Below, one piece after another: positions 1-9,375 of a stretch of 64,000 bases of DNA. The DNA comes from an uncultured Eubacterium sp. GTDB lineage: Bacteria; Bacillota; Clostridia; Lachnospirales; Lachnospiraceae. The notes beneath the pieces were generated by a model, which had not been told where the DNA came from, searched no databases, and saw only the letters and a list, made by a program, of their open reading frames with translations. Each line of letters starts with the position of its first letter. Position 1 is the stretch's first letter. Location: the NCBI GenBank assembly GCA_964620885.1, contig CAZUKR010000002.1, forward strand, positions 3,621 to 67,620, in the 5' to 3' direction. Position numbers and translations under genes: made by a program.

Positions 1-291
1 AGACATTTTTCCCTGCTTCTCATTTTCAATTATTTCTGCATAAGTAGTAACAGGAACAATCAAGTCCTCATTCTTTGCCATTTCACTCTGAAAAATAGAA
101 ATTTGCTTCATACAGGTATCGTAGGCACAGTCTTCTTCCTCCAAATCCACGAACATAGCAAAGTTTTGCAGCATATATCCGGAAAGGTTTAGTTTCTTTA
201 AATCCAGTTGAAAATCATTCTGGCGCAGGGCCGAAGAGGGGTTTTTGTATATTCTGGAAATCGTATCACAGTGCATATCGATAATTTTCAT
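1..291 (-). CDS. Membrane dipeptidase (peptidase M19 family), N-terminal part; runs off the window
   Basis: Manual translation MKIIDMHCDTISRIY...LQNFAMFVD; D-x-H-C-D-T metal motif typical of M19; RBS AAAGGA upstream. Absent from the ORF track because it is truncated. Confidence 0.8.
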   Translation of the reverse strand, partial: MKIIDMHCDTISRIYKNPSSALRQNDFQLDLKKLNLSGYMLQNFAMFVDLEEEDCAYDTCMKQISIFQSEMAKNEDLIVPVTTYAEIIENEKQGKMS

Positions 292-344
292 AATATTCTT
301 TCCTTTGTAAAATCCTTTCTATTATGTTATGTAGGGAGGGCAAA

Positions 345-443
345 ATGAATGACATAAAAGAAATATACAAAAAATTGAAGAAAATGGAAAGAGATGTTCG
401 TTATATATATGTGTGCAAAAGTAATATTTTTAGGATAGGTTAA
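345..443 (+). CDS. Possible 32-aa small ORF (MNDIKEIYKKLKKMERDVRYIYVCKSNIFRIG)
   Basis: AGGGAGGG RBS just before the ATG; no recognisable homology. Confidence 0.25.
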   Translation: MNDIKEIYKKLKKMERDVRYIYVCKSNIFRIG

Positions 444-524
444 GGAAAACCAATTTTTTCCTTAAGAAACTTATGCTAATGTAAAAGTAGAAACAAATGA
501 AAGAAAAAAGAAAGAGGGGAAAAG

Positions 525-1223
525 TTGGAAGCATTAATAAAAGTAAGGGACATGTGTAAAGTTTACAATCCCGGAGAAAACGAAGTGCGTGCACTGGATC
601 ATGTAGATCTGGAAATCCAAAAAGGTGAATTTATAGCCATTATAGGTCATTCCGGTTCAGGAAAATCTACCCTGATGAATATGCTGGGGTGTTTGGATAT
701 ACCTACGTCCGGTGAATATTATTTAAATGGAAAAGATGTATCAGAAATGAAAGATAACCAGTTGTCAGAAATACGAAATGAGGAAATAGGCTTTATTTTT
801 CAAGGGTTTAATCTCATTGCCAATCTGACGGCTATAGAAAATGTGGAATTACCCCTGATTTATCGGGGGATAGGGAGAGGTGAGCGCCATAAGCTGGCAG
901 TTGAAGCCCTTAAAATGGTAGGACTGGATAACAGGACACACCATAAGCCCTCTGAAATGTCTGGGGGACAGCAGCAGAGGGTTGCCATTGCAAGAGCCAT
1001 TGCCGCAAAGCCTCCGGTTATTCTGGCAGATGAGCCTACCGGAAATCTGGATTCATTTTCCACAAAGGAAATTATGGAAATATTAAGGGGCCTGCACGAT
1101 TCCGGAAGGAGCGTCATTCTGATTACCCATGATAATGATATTGCAGACCAGGCGAAACGGGTGGTAAGGATTTTGGATGGAAAAATTGTTGAAGATTATT
1201 ATAATGAACCAGAGAAGGAGTAA
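525..1223 (+). CDS. ABC transporter ATP-binding protein (MacB/LolD-like)
   Basis: Walker A GHSGSGKS, signature MSGGQQQR, Walker B ILADEPTGNLD. Confidence 0.95.
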   Translation: MEALIKVRDMCKVYNPGENEVRALDHVDLEIQKGEFIAIIGHSGSGKSTLMNMLGCLDIPTSGEYYLNGKDVSEMKDNQLSEIRNEEIGFIFQGFNLIANLTAIENVELPLIYRGIGRGERHKLAVEALKMVGLDNRTHHKPSEMSGGQQQRVAIARAIAAKPPVILADEPTGNLDSFSTKEIMEILRGLHDSGRSVILITHDNDIADQAKRVVRILDGKIVEDYYNEPEKE

Positions 1224-1226
1224 GAA

Positions 1227-2876
1227 ATGAAAAAGGATAAAAAGAAGATATTAAAAATCGTAATTCCGGCGGCACTTGTAGTTGTAATCATAGGAACTGT
1301 AGTGGTAAGAAATATGGGAAGCGCAGGGGAAGCAATGGCGCAAGCTATGAAAGTAGATACCATAGCAGTGGGAACGGGAGATGTAACGGAAAATGTGGAA
1401 ACCAGCGGAACTGTAGTAAGTGGCCAGCAGAAAATATTCTTTTCGCCGGTAAATGCAATGGTAGAAGCGGCAGATTTTCAGCTGGGTGATATGGTAAAAG
1501 CCGGAGATAAACTGGTAACATTTAATCTGAAAGATTTAGAAGATCAGAATCAAAAAGCAGAACTGACAGTAAAAGCAAATGCTTTAGGGTATCAGGACAC
1601 TATAAATAAGTCTGCAGATGCGGCTCAGAAGCAGGCGGATGCCAGAGCGCAGGCAGCATCCCTGCAGCAGCAGGTAGATGCTAAAAAGCAGGAAGTGGAA
1701 AATCTTACGGCAGCTATTGCAGGAGATGCCCAGACACAGGCAGCGGCATTACAGCAGGAAAGTGACAGCGTGAACAAACAGATAGGGGAATTGCAGGCAC
1801 AGCAGGAGGAAGCCAAAAGGCTGCTGGAAGAGTTCGGGAAAGCTTATGACAAAGCACAGGCAGCCCAGCAGACAGCCCAGGTAAACTTTGATGCGGCTAC
1901 AGCAACAGCAGAAACGAATCCGGCAGGTGTAGACACTGCTTCCGCAGCATTAAAAAAAGCAAATAAAGAATTAAGTACTGCAAAAAGTGATTATGATGCC
2001 AAAAAAGTTCAGGCAGATAACCTGGATATACAGATAGCGGGACTTCAGGAATCTCTTGCTGGAATAAATGCAGGAGAAGGGGGAGCTTCTGAATTACAGC
2101 AAAATCTCACTGCGGCTCAGACAGAACTGGCAGAATTACAAGGAAAACTGGAAACCCAAAAGGCAATGGGAGAAGGAGAATCCGCAGCCCTTACCTCAGA
2201 AGCCAGAGGCCAGATGCAGACCACGAATAATCTGGCGGAACTAGAGAAGAAATCTCTGGCAGAGCTTATTGAGGAAGGGAAAAAAGGAATCACTGCAGAA
2301 TTTGCAGGAATTATCTCAGAGAGTCAGATTGTAGAAGGTGCAGCAGTATCACAGGGAATGCAGTTATTTACCCTTCAAAGTATTGATAATGTAGATGTAA
2401 GTGTATCATTATCCAAAAATGTGTATCAGAAAGTAAAAGAAGGGCAGAAAGCCACCATTACATTTGCAGGACAGACCTATGAAGGGACTGTCACAAGAAT
2501 CAGCCGTATTGCTGCCAGCGGAATGGGCGGAGGCAATGAAGCAGCATCTTCGGCAATTTCCGCAACGGTTCATATCGACAATCCGGATGACCATATTTTT
2601 CTTGGAGTAGATGCAAAGGTATCCGTTCATGCGGCAGAGGCGAAGAATGCAGTAACGCTTCCTACAGAAGCAGTAAATATTGGAAAAGAAGGCTCTTTTT
2701 GCTGGGTGTCTGAGGATGGAGTGCTGACAAAGCGCAGTATAGAAACAGGAGTAACTTCAGATGACACAATTGAAATTACCAAAGGGCTGAAAAAAGGGGA
2801 AAAAGTAATTATAGATCCGGGAAGCCATGAAGAAGGAGATCCGGTTACGATAACGGATGGACAGAAAAAAGAATAG
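1227..2876 (+). CDS. Efflux membrane-fusion/adaptor subunit (HlyD/MacA-like) with long coiled coil
   Basis: N-terminal TM anchor, barrel-sandwich hybrid segments, Ala/Gln-rich coiled coil, C-terminal IETGVTSDDTIEITKGL; between ABC ATPase and permease. Confidence 0.85.
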   Translation: MKKDKKKILKIVIPAALVVVIIGTVVVRNMGSAGEAMAQAMKVDTIAVGTGDVTENVETSGTVVSGQQKIFFSPVNAMVEAADFQLGDMVKAGDKLVTFNLKDLEDQNQKAELTVKANALGYQDTINKSADAAQKQADARAQAASLQQQVDAKKQEVENLTAAIAGDAQTQAAALQQESDSVNKQIGELQAQQEEAKRLLEEFGKAYDKAQAAQQTAQVNFDAATATAETNPAGVDTASAALKKANKELSTAKSDYDAKKVQADNLDIQIAGLQESLAGINAGEGGASELQQNLTAAQTELAELQGKLETQKAMGEGESAALTSEARGQMQTTNNLAELEKKSLAELIEEGKKGITAEFAGIISESQIVEGAAVSQGMQLFTLQSIDNVDVSVSLSKNVYQKVKEGQKATITFAGQTYEGTVTRISRIAASGMGGGNEAASSAISATVHIDNPDDHIFLGVDAKVSVHAAEAKNAVTLPTEAVNIGKEGSFCWVSEDGVLTKRSIETGVTSDDTIEITKGLKKGEKVIIDPGSHEEGDPVTITDGQKKE

Positions 2877-2886
2877 GGGTACTTAA

Positions 2887-4122
2887 ATGGGAAAGATATT
2901 AGAATATGTAAAAATGGCTTTAAAGAACATTACTGCCAACAAAGGACGTTCTTTTCTGACCATGTTAGGTATTATTATCGGAATTGCGTCTGTTATCATG
3001 ATAATGTCTGTAGGAGATGGAACGGCAGAAGCTATGAACTCAGAGGTAGCAGAAATAGGATCCGGACAGATTTATGTATACTGCAGTGAGGACGCCACAA
3101 ATGCTCAGGAATGGATTACAATAGAAGATATAGAGGCAATTAAAGCGAAGGTGAAGGGGGTAAGCGGAGCAAGTCCCGATGATGGATCCAATGGAGAGAC
3201 AATTACTGGAAAAGGAGAATTTGCCCTGTCCCTCAGCGGGGGAACAGAGGATTCCCAGAAGGCCCTGAATTATAATATAAAACGGGGAAATTATTATACA
3301 GCAATGGATGTGGAAGAAGGAAACCGTGTGTGTGTCATTACAGATGAAGATGCCAAGCGGCTCTTTGGTTCCGATGATGTAGTAGGAATGGATATAGATA
3401 TCACCATTGAAAATATTACCAACAGCTATCGTATTGTAGGGGTAACCCAACAGAAGGAAAATGGAGGCTTTGTCAGCTACACATATGAAGGGATGCCGGT
3501 AACTGTAAATGTGCCATATACATCCTTTCAGTCATACGGATGGGGAAGTGACGACTTTTATTCTCTGAATGTGTTTGCAGAAGATAAGGCGGATTCTCAA
3601 AAAGTAGCCCAAGATCTTATTCATCTGCTGGAATCCAGACATCAGAGTGCAGGGGAAAATTATTTCCAGATTCAGAGTTTTCAGGATATGGTTACGGAAT
3701 TGAATGACATGATGTCTATCGTAACTACATTTATTTCCTGTGTAGCGGCCATATCCTTGATTGTAGGAGGGATTGGTGTTATGAACATTATGCTGGTGTC
3801 CGTAACAGAGCGGACGCGGGAGATAGGAATTCGTAAGTCTTTAGGAGCAAAGACAACATCCATATTGATGCAGTTTTTGGCAGAAGCAGCAATTCTGACC
3901 ATTGTAGGAGGAATCATAGGGATTATTTTGGGATTGCTGGGGGCAGTGGGAATCTGCAGTCTTATGAGCAGTTCCATGGGAAGTACCATCCATGCTGGAA
4001 TAAAGACAAGTACCATATTAGGAGCCACATTGTTTTCTTGTGCAATCGGTGTTTTCTTCGGAATCTACCCGGCAAAGAAAGCAGCAAAATTAAGTCCAAT
4101 TGAAGCGTTAAGAAGAAATTAA
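2887..4122 (+). CDS. ABC transporter permease (MacB/FtsX family)
   Basis: RSFLTMLGIIIGIASVI and GGIGVMNIMLVSVTERTREIGIRKSLGA motifs. Confidence 0.95.
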   Translation: MGKILEYVKMALKNITANKGRSFLTMLGIIIGIASVIMIMSVGDGTAEAMNSEVAEIGSGQIYVYCSEDATNAQEWITIEDIEAIKAKVKGVSGASPDDGSNGETITGKGEFALSLSGGTEDSQKALNYNIKRGNYYTAMDVEEGNRVCVITDEDAKRLFGSDDVVGMDIDITIENITNSYRIVGVTQQKENGGFVSYTYEGMPVTVNVPYTSFQSYGWGSDDFYSLNVFAEDKADSQKVAQDLIHLLESRHQSAGENYFQIQSFQDMVTELNDMMSIVTTFISCVAAISLIVGGIGVMNIMLVSVTERTREIGIRKSLGAKTTSILMQFLAEAAILTIVGGIIGIILGLLGAVGICSLMSSSMGSTIHAGIKTSTILGATLFSCAIGVFFGIYPAKKAAKLSPIEALRRN

Positions 4123-4129
4123 TAATAAT

Positions 4130-4158
4130 TTGAAAGTTTCCCGGAAATACATTATAAT
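4130..4158 (+). promoter_or_regulatory. Sigma-A-type promoter for the srtB-cobB-DUF951 unit
   Basis: TTGAAA-17 bp-TATAAT. Confidence 0.6.
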
Positions 4159-4198
4159 GTTCTAAAAAGAACAGGTAGAACCGGGAGACTTTTATTTT

Positions 4199-4963
4199 AT
4201 GAAAAAAGGAAAAAAAGATATTAAAAATATTGTGATATTTTTGGCAGCCCTTATGATTTTCGCTTATGCTCTCATACGACTGGGGGCTATTTTTCTGGAA
4301 TATGGAAAGGGTCAGAACAGCTACGAGAAATTGAAGGATCTTACCAGTGAAACAGATGTTGGAAAGGGCAAAGAGAAGCCGGAGAATTTTGCTGTGGACT
4401 TTGCAGAATTAAAAAAAATAAATCCCGATATTACAGGGTGGATTCGTTTTGAACATATGGATATTAGTTACCCCATTGTACAGGGAAGGGATAATGACTA
4501 TTATTTGACCCACTCTTTTTATAAGGAAGAGATAAAATGCGGAAGTATTTTTATAGAAGCAGAAAATGCATCGGACTTTAGTGATGATAACACGTTTATT
4601 TATGGTCATAATATGAAGGACAAGTCTATGTTTGCAAAATTAAATACCTTTCAGGATGAACAGATATATCGGGAAAACCCCGAATTTCTAATTTATACGG
4701 AAGATGAAATTTATCGGTACAGTATTTTTTCCTGTTATCAGGCAGACGTATCATGGGACTCCTTTATTTACCAGTTTGCAGATGAGGAGCAGTACGGGGA
4801 ATGGCTTCAGAAGATGAAGGAACGAAGCAGATATGATACAGGAGTGACACCTCAAAAAGAGCAGAAAACAGTGACCTTAATGACTTGTACAGCAGCAGGA
4901 GATGAATATCGCTTTCTTGTACATGGAGTATTGACGGAAACCATAAAACAGAAGACAAAGTAG
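4199..4963 (+). CDS. srtB: Class B sortase
   Basis: N-terminal TM, IYGHNM motif, catalytic TLMTC and downstream Arg (YRFLVHG). Confidence 0.9.
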   Translation: MKKGKKDIKNIVIFLAALMIFAYALIRLGAIFLEYGKGQNSYEKLKDLTSETDVGKGKEKPENFAVDFAELKKINPDITGWIRFEHMDISYPIVQGRDNDYYLTHSFYKEEIKCGSIFIEAENASDFSDDNTFIYGHNMKDKSMFAKLNTFQDEQIYRENPEFLIYTEDEIYRYSIFSCYQADVSWDSFIYQFADEEQYGEWLQKMKERSRYDTGVTPQKEQKTVTLMTCTAAGDEYRFLVHGVLTETIKQKTK

Positions 4964-4979
4964 AAAGGCTGGGAAAAGT

Positions 4980-5723
4980 ATGGAAAAAACAGATAGAGTA
5001 CAGCAGTTTCTTAAGATAGTGGAGCAAAGCGATAATATTGTATTTTTTGGAGGTGCGGGCGTATCTACGGAAAGTGGAATACCGGATTTTCGCAGTGTGG
5101 ATGGATTGTATTGTCAGCAATATGAGTATCCCCCCGAGATGATATTGAGCCATACTTTTTACCGTAAGAACCCAGAGGAATTTTATCGTTTCTATCGGAA
5201 TAAAATGCTTTGTCTGGAGGCGGAGCCTAATATGGCACACGAAAAACTGGCAGAGCTGGAGCAGGCAGGAAAGGTAAAGGCAGTAATTACCCAGAATATC
5301 GATGGACTCCATCAGAAGGCAGGCAGTAAAAAGGTGCTGGAACTTCATGGAAGCGTCCACCGGAATTATTGTGAATCCTGTCATGCATTTTATGATGCAG
5401 AATATATGTTACACCATGAGGGTGTTCCAAAATGCGAAGCATGCGGCGGAGACATTAAACCGGACGTGGTATTATATGAAGAAGGTCTGGATAACCGTAC
5501 CATGCAGGAAGCGATATATTATATCGGTCAGGCGGATGTACTGATTATTGGAGGAACCTCCCTTGCGGTATATCCGGCGGCAGGTTTGATTGATTATTAC
5601 CAGGGAGATAAGCTGATTCTGGTGAATAAGACGGCCACCGCAAAAGACAGTAGTGCAGGCTTGGTGCTTCAGGAAGCAATTGGAGAATTGTTTGGAAAGA
5701 TTGAGAATAAAGGGAGGAAATAG
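4980..5723 (+). CDS. cobB: NAD-dependent protein deacylase (sirtuin)
   Basis: GAGVSTESGIPDFRS, TQNIDGLHQKAG, ELHGS, two CxxC Zn motifs. Confidence 0.95.
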   Translation: MEKTDRVQQFLKIVEQSDNIVFFGGAGVSTESGIPDFRSVDGLYCQQYEYPPEMILSHTFYRKNPEEFYRFYRNKMLCLEAEPNMAHEKLAELEQAGKVKAVITQNIDGLHQKAGSKKVLELHGSVHRNYCESCHAFYDAEYMLHHEGVPKCEACGGDIKPDVVLYEEGLDNRTMQEAIYYIGQADVLIIGGTSLAVYPAAGLIDYYQGDKLILVNKTATAKDSSAGLVLQEAIGELFGKIENKGRK

Positions 5724-5724
5724 G

Positions 5725-5913
5725 ATGTCGATACAATATGAAGTAGGAGATATTGTAAGATTGAAGAAACAGCATCCCTGCGGCAGCAGTGAATGGGAAG
5801 TGCTCCGGGTAGGCGCAGATTTTCGTTTGAAATGTTTGGGATGCCAGCATCAGATTATGATAGCAAGGAAGCTGGTAGAAAAGAATACAAAAGAAATTCG
5901 GAAAAGTTCTTGA
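5725..5913 (+). CDS. DUF951 family small protein
   Basis: YEVGDIVRLKKQHPCGSSEWEVLRVGADFRLKC; start moved to the ATG at 5725 after GGAGG. Confidence 0.85.
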   Translation: MSIQYEVGDIVRLKKQHPCGSSEWEVLRVGADFRLKCLGCQHQIMIARKLVEKNTKEIRKSS

Positions 5914-5969
5914 AAAGTGTGCGGAGGTATGATAACATATTATTTCGTGATATATTAATAAGTAATTTA

Positions 5970-6016
5970 TCCTTGCTCCATGCTAAGGCAGGGGGCCAAA
6001 AGACCAAAAGGAGGTA
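5970..6016 (+). promoter_or_regulatory. Putative S6:S18 ribosomal leader (autoregulatory RNA)
   Basis: Hairpin CCTTGC...GCAGGG with internal CC, just 5' of the rpsF SD; such leaders are known upstream of rpsF in Firmicutes. Confidence 0.4.
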
Positions 6017-6024
6017 AGACAAGC

Positions 6025-6315
6025 ATGAACAAATATGAATTAGCACTTGTTGTTAATGCAAAAGTCGAGGATGAAGTAAGAACCGAAACCGTAGAAAAGG
6101 CAAAAGAATTTATTGCACGTTTCGGTGGAACAGTAACCAACGTAGATGAATGGGGTAAGAAAAGATTAGCTTACGAAATTCTGAAGGTTAGAGAAGGTTA
6201 CTACTACTTTATTCAGTTCGATGCAGAAGGAGATTGTCCGGCGGAAGTTGAAAAACGCATTCGTATTATGGATAATGTACTTCGTTTCTTATGTGTTAGA
6301 CAAGACGAAGCATAG
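6025..6315 (+). CDS. rpsF: 30S ribosomal protein S6
   Basis: MNKYEL...EWGKKRLAYEI...GYYYFIQF; start at 6025 after GGAGGT. Confidence 0.97.
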   Translation: MNKYELALVVNAKVEDEVRTETVEKAKEFIARFGGTVTNVDEWGKKRLAYEILKVREGYYYFIQFDAEGDCPAEVEKRIRIMDNVLRFLCVRQDEA

Positions 6316-6332
6316 AAGAAAGAGGAGATAAG

Positions 6333-6770
6333 ATGAATAAGGTTATACTGATGGGTAGATTAACCAGAGATCCTGAGGTTCGTTATTCACAGAGCGAACA
6401 GGCTACAGCAGTTGCAAGATATACTCTGGCAGTGGATAGAAGATTTAAGCGTGATGGAGATCAGACCGCAGATTTTATTAATTGTGTTGCATTCGGAAGA
6501 AGCGGCGAATTTGCAGAAAAATATTTTCACAAAGGAACCAAACTAGTAATAACTGGAAGAATCCAGACCGGAAGCTATACAAATCAGGAAGGTCAGAAAG
6601 TATATACGACAGACGTTGTTGTAGAAGAACAAGAATTCGCAGAAAGTAAAGCTGCAAGCGAAGGACAGGGTGGCTTTCAGCCAGCCGGCAGACCGGAGCC
6701 AAGTGCAGCAGTTGGAGACGGATTCATGAATATTCCAGATGGAATAGACGAGGAATTACCGTTTAATTAG
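6333..6770 (+). CDS. ssb: Single-stranded DNA-binding protein
   Basis: [15 protein letters not shown]..., acidic tail DEELPFN. Confidence 0.97.
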   Translation: MNKVILMGRLTRDPEVRYSQSEQATAVARYTLAVDRRFKRDGDQTADFINCVAFGRSGEFAEKYFHKGTKLVITGRIQTGSYTNQEGQKVYTTDVVVEEQEFAESKAASEGQGGFQPAGRPEPSAAVGDGFMNIPDGIDEELPFN

Positions 6771-6787
6771 AACAGGAGGTAAAAGCA

Positions 6788-7051
6788 ATGGCTTATAATA
6801 GAACCGAAAGAAGCGATTCTCCAATGAAGAGAAGAGGCGGAATGCGCAGAAGAAAAAAAGTTTGTGTATTTTGTGGTAAAGATAACGCAATTGATTACAA
6901 AGATACAAACAAATTAAAAAGATATATCTCTGAAAGAGGAAAAATTCTTCCTAGAAGAATCACAGGAAGCTGTGCAAAACATCAGAGAGCCCTTACTGTG
7001 GCAATTAAAAGAGCAAGACATATTGCAATCATGCCATATGTAACAGACTAG
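6788..7051 (+). CDS. rpsR: 30S ribosomal protein S18 (Zn-binding type)
   Basis: CVFC...IDYKD...[21 protein letters not shown]. Confidence 0.97.
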   Translation: MAYNRTERSDSPMKRRGGMRRRKKVCVFCGKDNAIDYKDTNKLKRYISERGKILPRRITGSCAKHQRALTVAIKRARHIAIMPYVTD

Positions 7052-7060
7052 ATTTGAACA

Positions 7061-7100
7061 AAAGAACTTATTACAATGTACTGTAATAGGTTCTTTTTTT
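7061..7100 (+). terminator. Rho-independent terminator of rpsF-ssb-rpsR
   Basis: AAGAACTTATTACA / TGTAATAGGTTCTT stem plus T-tract. Confidence 0.85.
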
Positions 7101-7170
7101 ATATTATAGGAAAGACCATGTTACACATAAAGTATGAAAGTTTGTAATTTCCTAAAATATAAAACGCTCC
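7097..7170. repeat. Repeat family A, truncated copy (AT-rich inverted-repeat hairpin module only)
   Basis: Near-identical to 23918-23983 (ATTATAGGAAAGACCATGTT...TTTCCTA..ATATAAAACGCTCC); breaks off right after ACGCTCC. Confidence 0.85.
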
Positions 7171-7247
7171 ATTTTGTGACATATCCAATGATTCCATTAT
7201 TGACACTCAAAAGTTTTTATAATAAGCTTTGAATATAGGAGGAAACC

Positions 7248-7712
7248 ATGACAAAATATTATAGTTCTACATATTATATAAATGTATATTTGGATAGAGA
7301 ACAGTCCGGACCTCCGGTCATGGTGCATCTGGTATTATATATTGGAGCCATGGAAGAAGAGAGAATGTTTTATATATTGGAAAAAAAAATTCGAGAATAT
7401 CTGCAAAAAATTCAGAATGCGTGTCTGCCGGAGTACCCTGAATTTCATCAGAGGGAAATCACATTAGAAATTTTAGGAGAGTTTTTCTATAAAAAGCTGA
7501 AAGAGGTATTAGAATCTGGGGGAGTTGAGTTGTACCAGCTGGAAATTTACACCACCCCAACCCGCAGATATAAGGTTTCAGACAGATTACTGCTGCCATT
7601 CCAGTATCCGGGGGATGTGGTGAAGCGTATTGCACATATCCAGGAATGGAGTCAGCGTCTATATTCAGCGGGCAAGGAGGAAGTATATGAAAAACCACAT
7701 GAAATGGATTAA
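7248..7712 (+). CDS. Degenerate QueD/6-pyruvoyl-tetrahydropterin synthase-like (T-fold) protein
   Basis: ITLEILGEFF and LEIYTTPTRRY align with NPTLENCCEHF and IEIKETPTRAY of the paralog at 12384; lacks the His ligands. Confidence 0.6.
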   Translation: MTKYYSSTYYINVYLDREQSGPPVMVHLVLYIGAMEEERMFYILEKKIREYLQKIQNACLPEYPEFHQREITLEILGEFFYKKLKEVLESGGVELYQLEIYTTPTRRYKVSDRLLLPFQYPGDVVKRIAHIQEWSQRLYSAGKEEVYEKPHEMD

Positions 7713-9375
7713 AAAAGTGGGAGTTATTCTTATGGGTATTGTGATGTTTGGCAGCATAATACCGGTTTATGCAGCGCCAGACTGGAATGAGATTACTACT
7801 GTAGAAACAGAATCTGCTTATGCTAATATACAGAGGATGCAGTGTGCTTATGATGAAGAAAATCTATATCTTCATATTGCAGGCGGGGCGTCCGAGGCAG
7901 AGGACTTGCTGCCACAGCTTCAACTGATTATAAATCAAAAGCCACTGGAGGGAGATCTTGGTAATTTGCTCCTTGTCTGCGATAGTATTGAAGACGGAGA
8001 GAACCCCTTGTCTGTGCAGGACAGGCAGTTGAGAGAATTAGGAGCTCAGGGAACCCTGAACAGAAGTGATGGAATAAATGACATAGATATTGCCATTCCC
8101 TTTACAGCACTAGGATACGAATCAAAAGATATTTTGGATGTAACGGTGAATGCTCTTATAGATGGAAATAAAGAAGGGGAATGTGCGGGAGTATCCTTGA
8201 TACAGGAAACAGAACCCATAGAGATTCCGGAAGCAATAAGTGAACCGGAAGTTTCAGGAGAACCGGAGCAGGGGCAAATTGTTATGGATGGTCAGTTTTC
8301 TGACTGGAATGGCTACGATTTGACTTATGGCGGTGAAAGAGGTGTAGACAAGGTTTCTATGGTAAGCGACGGAACCAGCCTTTACATTAGAATCGTGGAA
8401 GATGGTAGTTATGACCAATGTTTTCCAAGAGAATCCACGCCAATGGGAATTACCTCCAATATGGGGAAAGTTTTATGGCTCGATGGCCAGATGCATGGAG
8501 AAGGGGAAGAGATGACATTAACCTTTCAGGGGATTGAAGGGGCCTATGCGGTATGCGGCAAGGTGGATGGCATTTATAACTGGGAAATAGAGGTTCCTTT
8601 ATCAGAGGTTTGGTCTGGAATTACGTATGTATCAGATATAAGCCTCATGTGGAAAAGTGAACATAAAACAATTCTTACCGTTCCCAACCCCTCCTATATT
8701 GACAGAGGAAATCCAGGCGGAGGTTTAGGAGTAGCTGCGGAAATTACCGTTGACGGATATTTTGAGGATTGGGACAGTATACCACACATGGAAATTACTT
8801 ATGACAACGAAAATGGTCCCAACAATCATATTGGTGCTCTTTATATGGGAGAGGACTATATGTATGTACACTATAAGATGAATCGTTTGTATACCTCATA
8901 TATGCGTATTCAGTATATGGAATTTAAAATAAATGGAAACAAATATACACTTGAGGTACTCCCTGTAGATGCCAATGGAAATATTGACTGGTCTGTTAAT
9001 ACGAATCACCTGCAAAATGGAATACACACCAATTTTGGTGTCTTTCTTACAGAGGTTTCCGGTGCAAGCCAGTATCGTAATAATTTAAATGGCCAGACTG
9101 CTCTGGTAATTTATGACAGCAGCCACCAGCGGGACACACTGGGGGATGAAGTGGAATTCTCCATAAGCTATGACAGAATCGAAGAGCTTACCGGAATAAA
9201 ACATTCTGAGATACGGAAAGTGGAGCTTTATAATCCCAATATCGGAGATGAATGGCTGGTGTGCGTGGGAACATCTTCCGGACCATTGCTGGGAGTTGGT
9301 ATTTCTATTACTGCTGCGGCCGGATTGTATTATGTATTAAGCAGAAAGAAAAGAAAGAAAGAGGACAGTATATGA
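7687..9375 (+). CDS. Secreted Firmicu-CTERM sorting-domain protein (predicted XrtG substrate)
   Basis: Signal peptide MKNHMKWIKKVGVILMGIVMFGSIIPVYA; C-terminal VGTSSGPLLGVG + TM + RKKRKK; repeated IxxDGxFxDW segments. Confidence 0.8.
   Translation: MKNHMKWIKKVGVILMGIVMFGSIIPVYAAPDWNEITTVETESAYANIQRMQCAYDEENLYLHIAGGASEAEDLLPQLQLIINQKPLEGDLGNLLLVCDSIEDGENPLSVQDRQLRELGAQGTLNRSDGINDIDIAIPFTALGYESKDILDVTVNALIDGNKEGECAGVSLIQETEPIEIPEAISEPEVSGEPEQGQIVMDGQFSDWNGYDLTYGGERGVDKVSMVSDGTSLYIRIVEDGSYDQCFPRESTPMGITSNMGKVLWLDGQMHGEGEEMTLTFQGIEGAYAVCGKVDGIYNWEIEVPLSEVWSGITYVSDISLMWKSEHKTILTVPNPSYIDRGNPGGGLGVAAEITVDGYFEDWDSIPHMEITYDNENGPNNHIGALYMGEDYMYVHYKMNRLYTSYMRIQYMEFKINGNKYTLEVLPVDANGNIDWSVNTNHLQNGIHTNFGVFLTEVSGASQYRNNLNGQTALVIYDSSHQRDTLGDEVEFSISYDRIEELTGIKHSEIRKVELYNPNIGDEWLVCVGTSSGPLLGVGISITAAAGLYYVLSRKKRKKEDSI

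Noticed and set aside
7200-7223. TTGACA...TATAAT upstream of the xrtG locus
   Set aside because: Spacer is only 12 bp, incompatible with a sigma-A promoter
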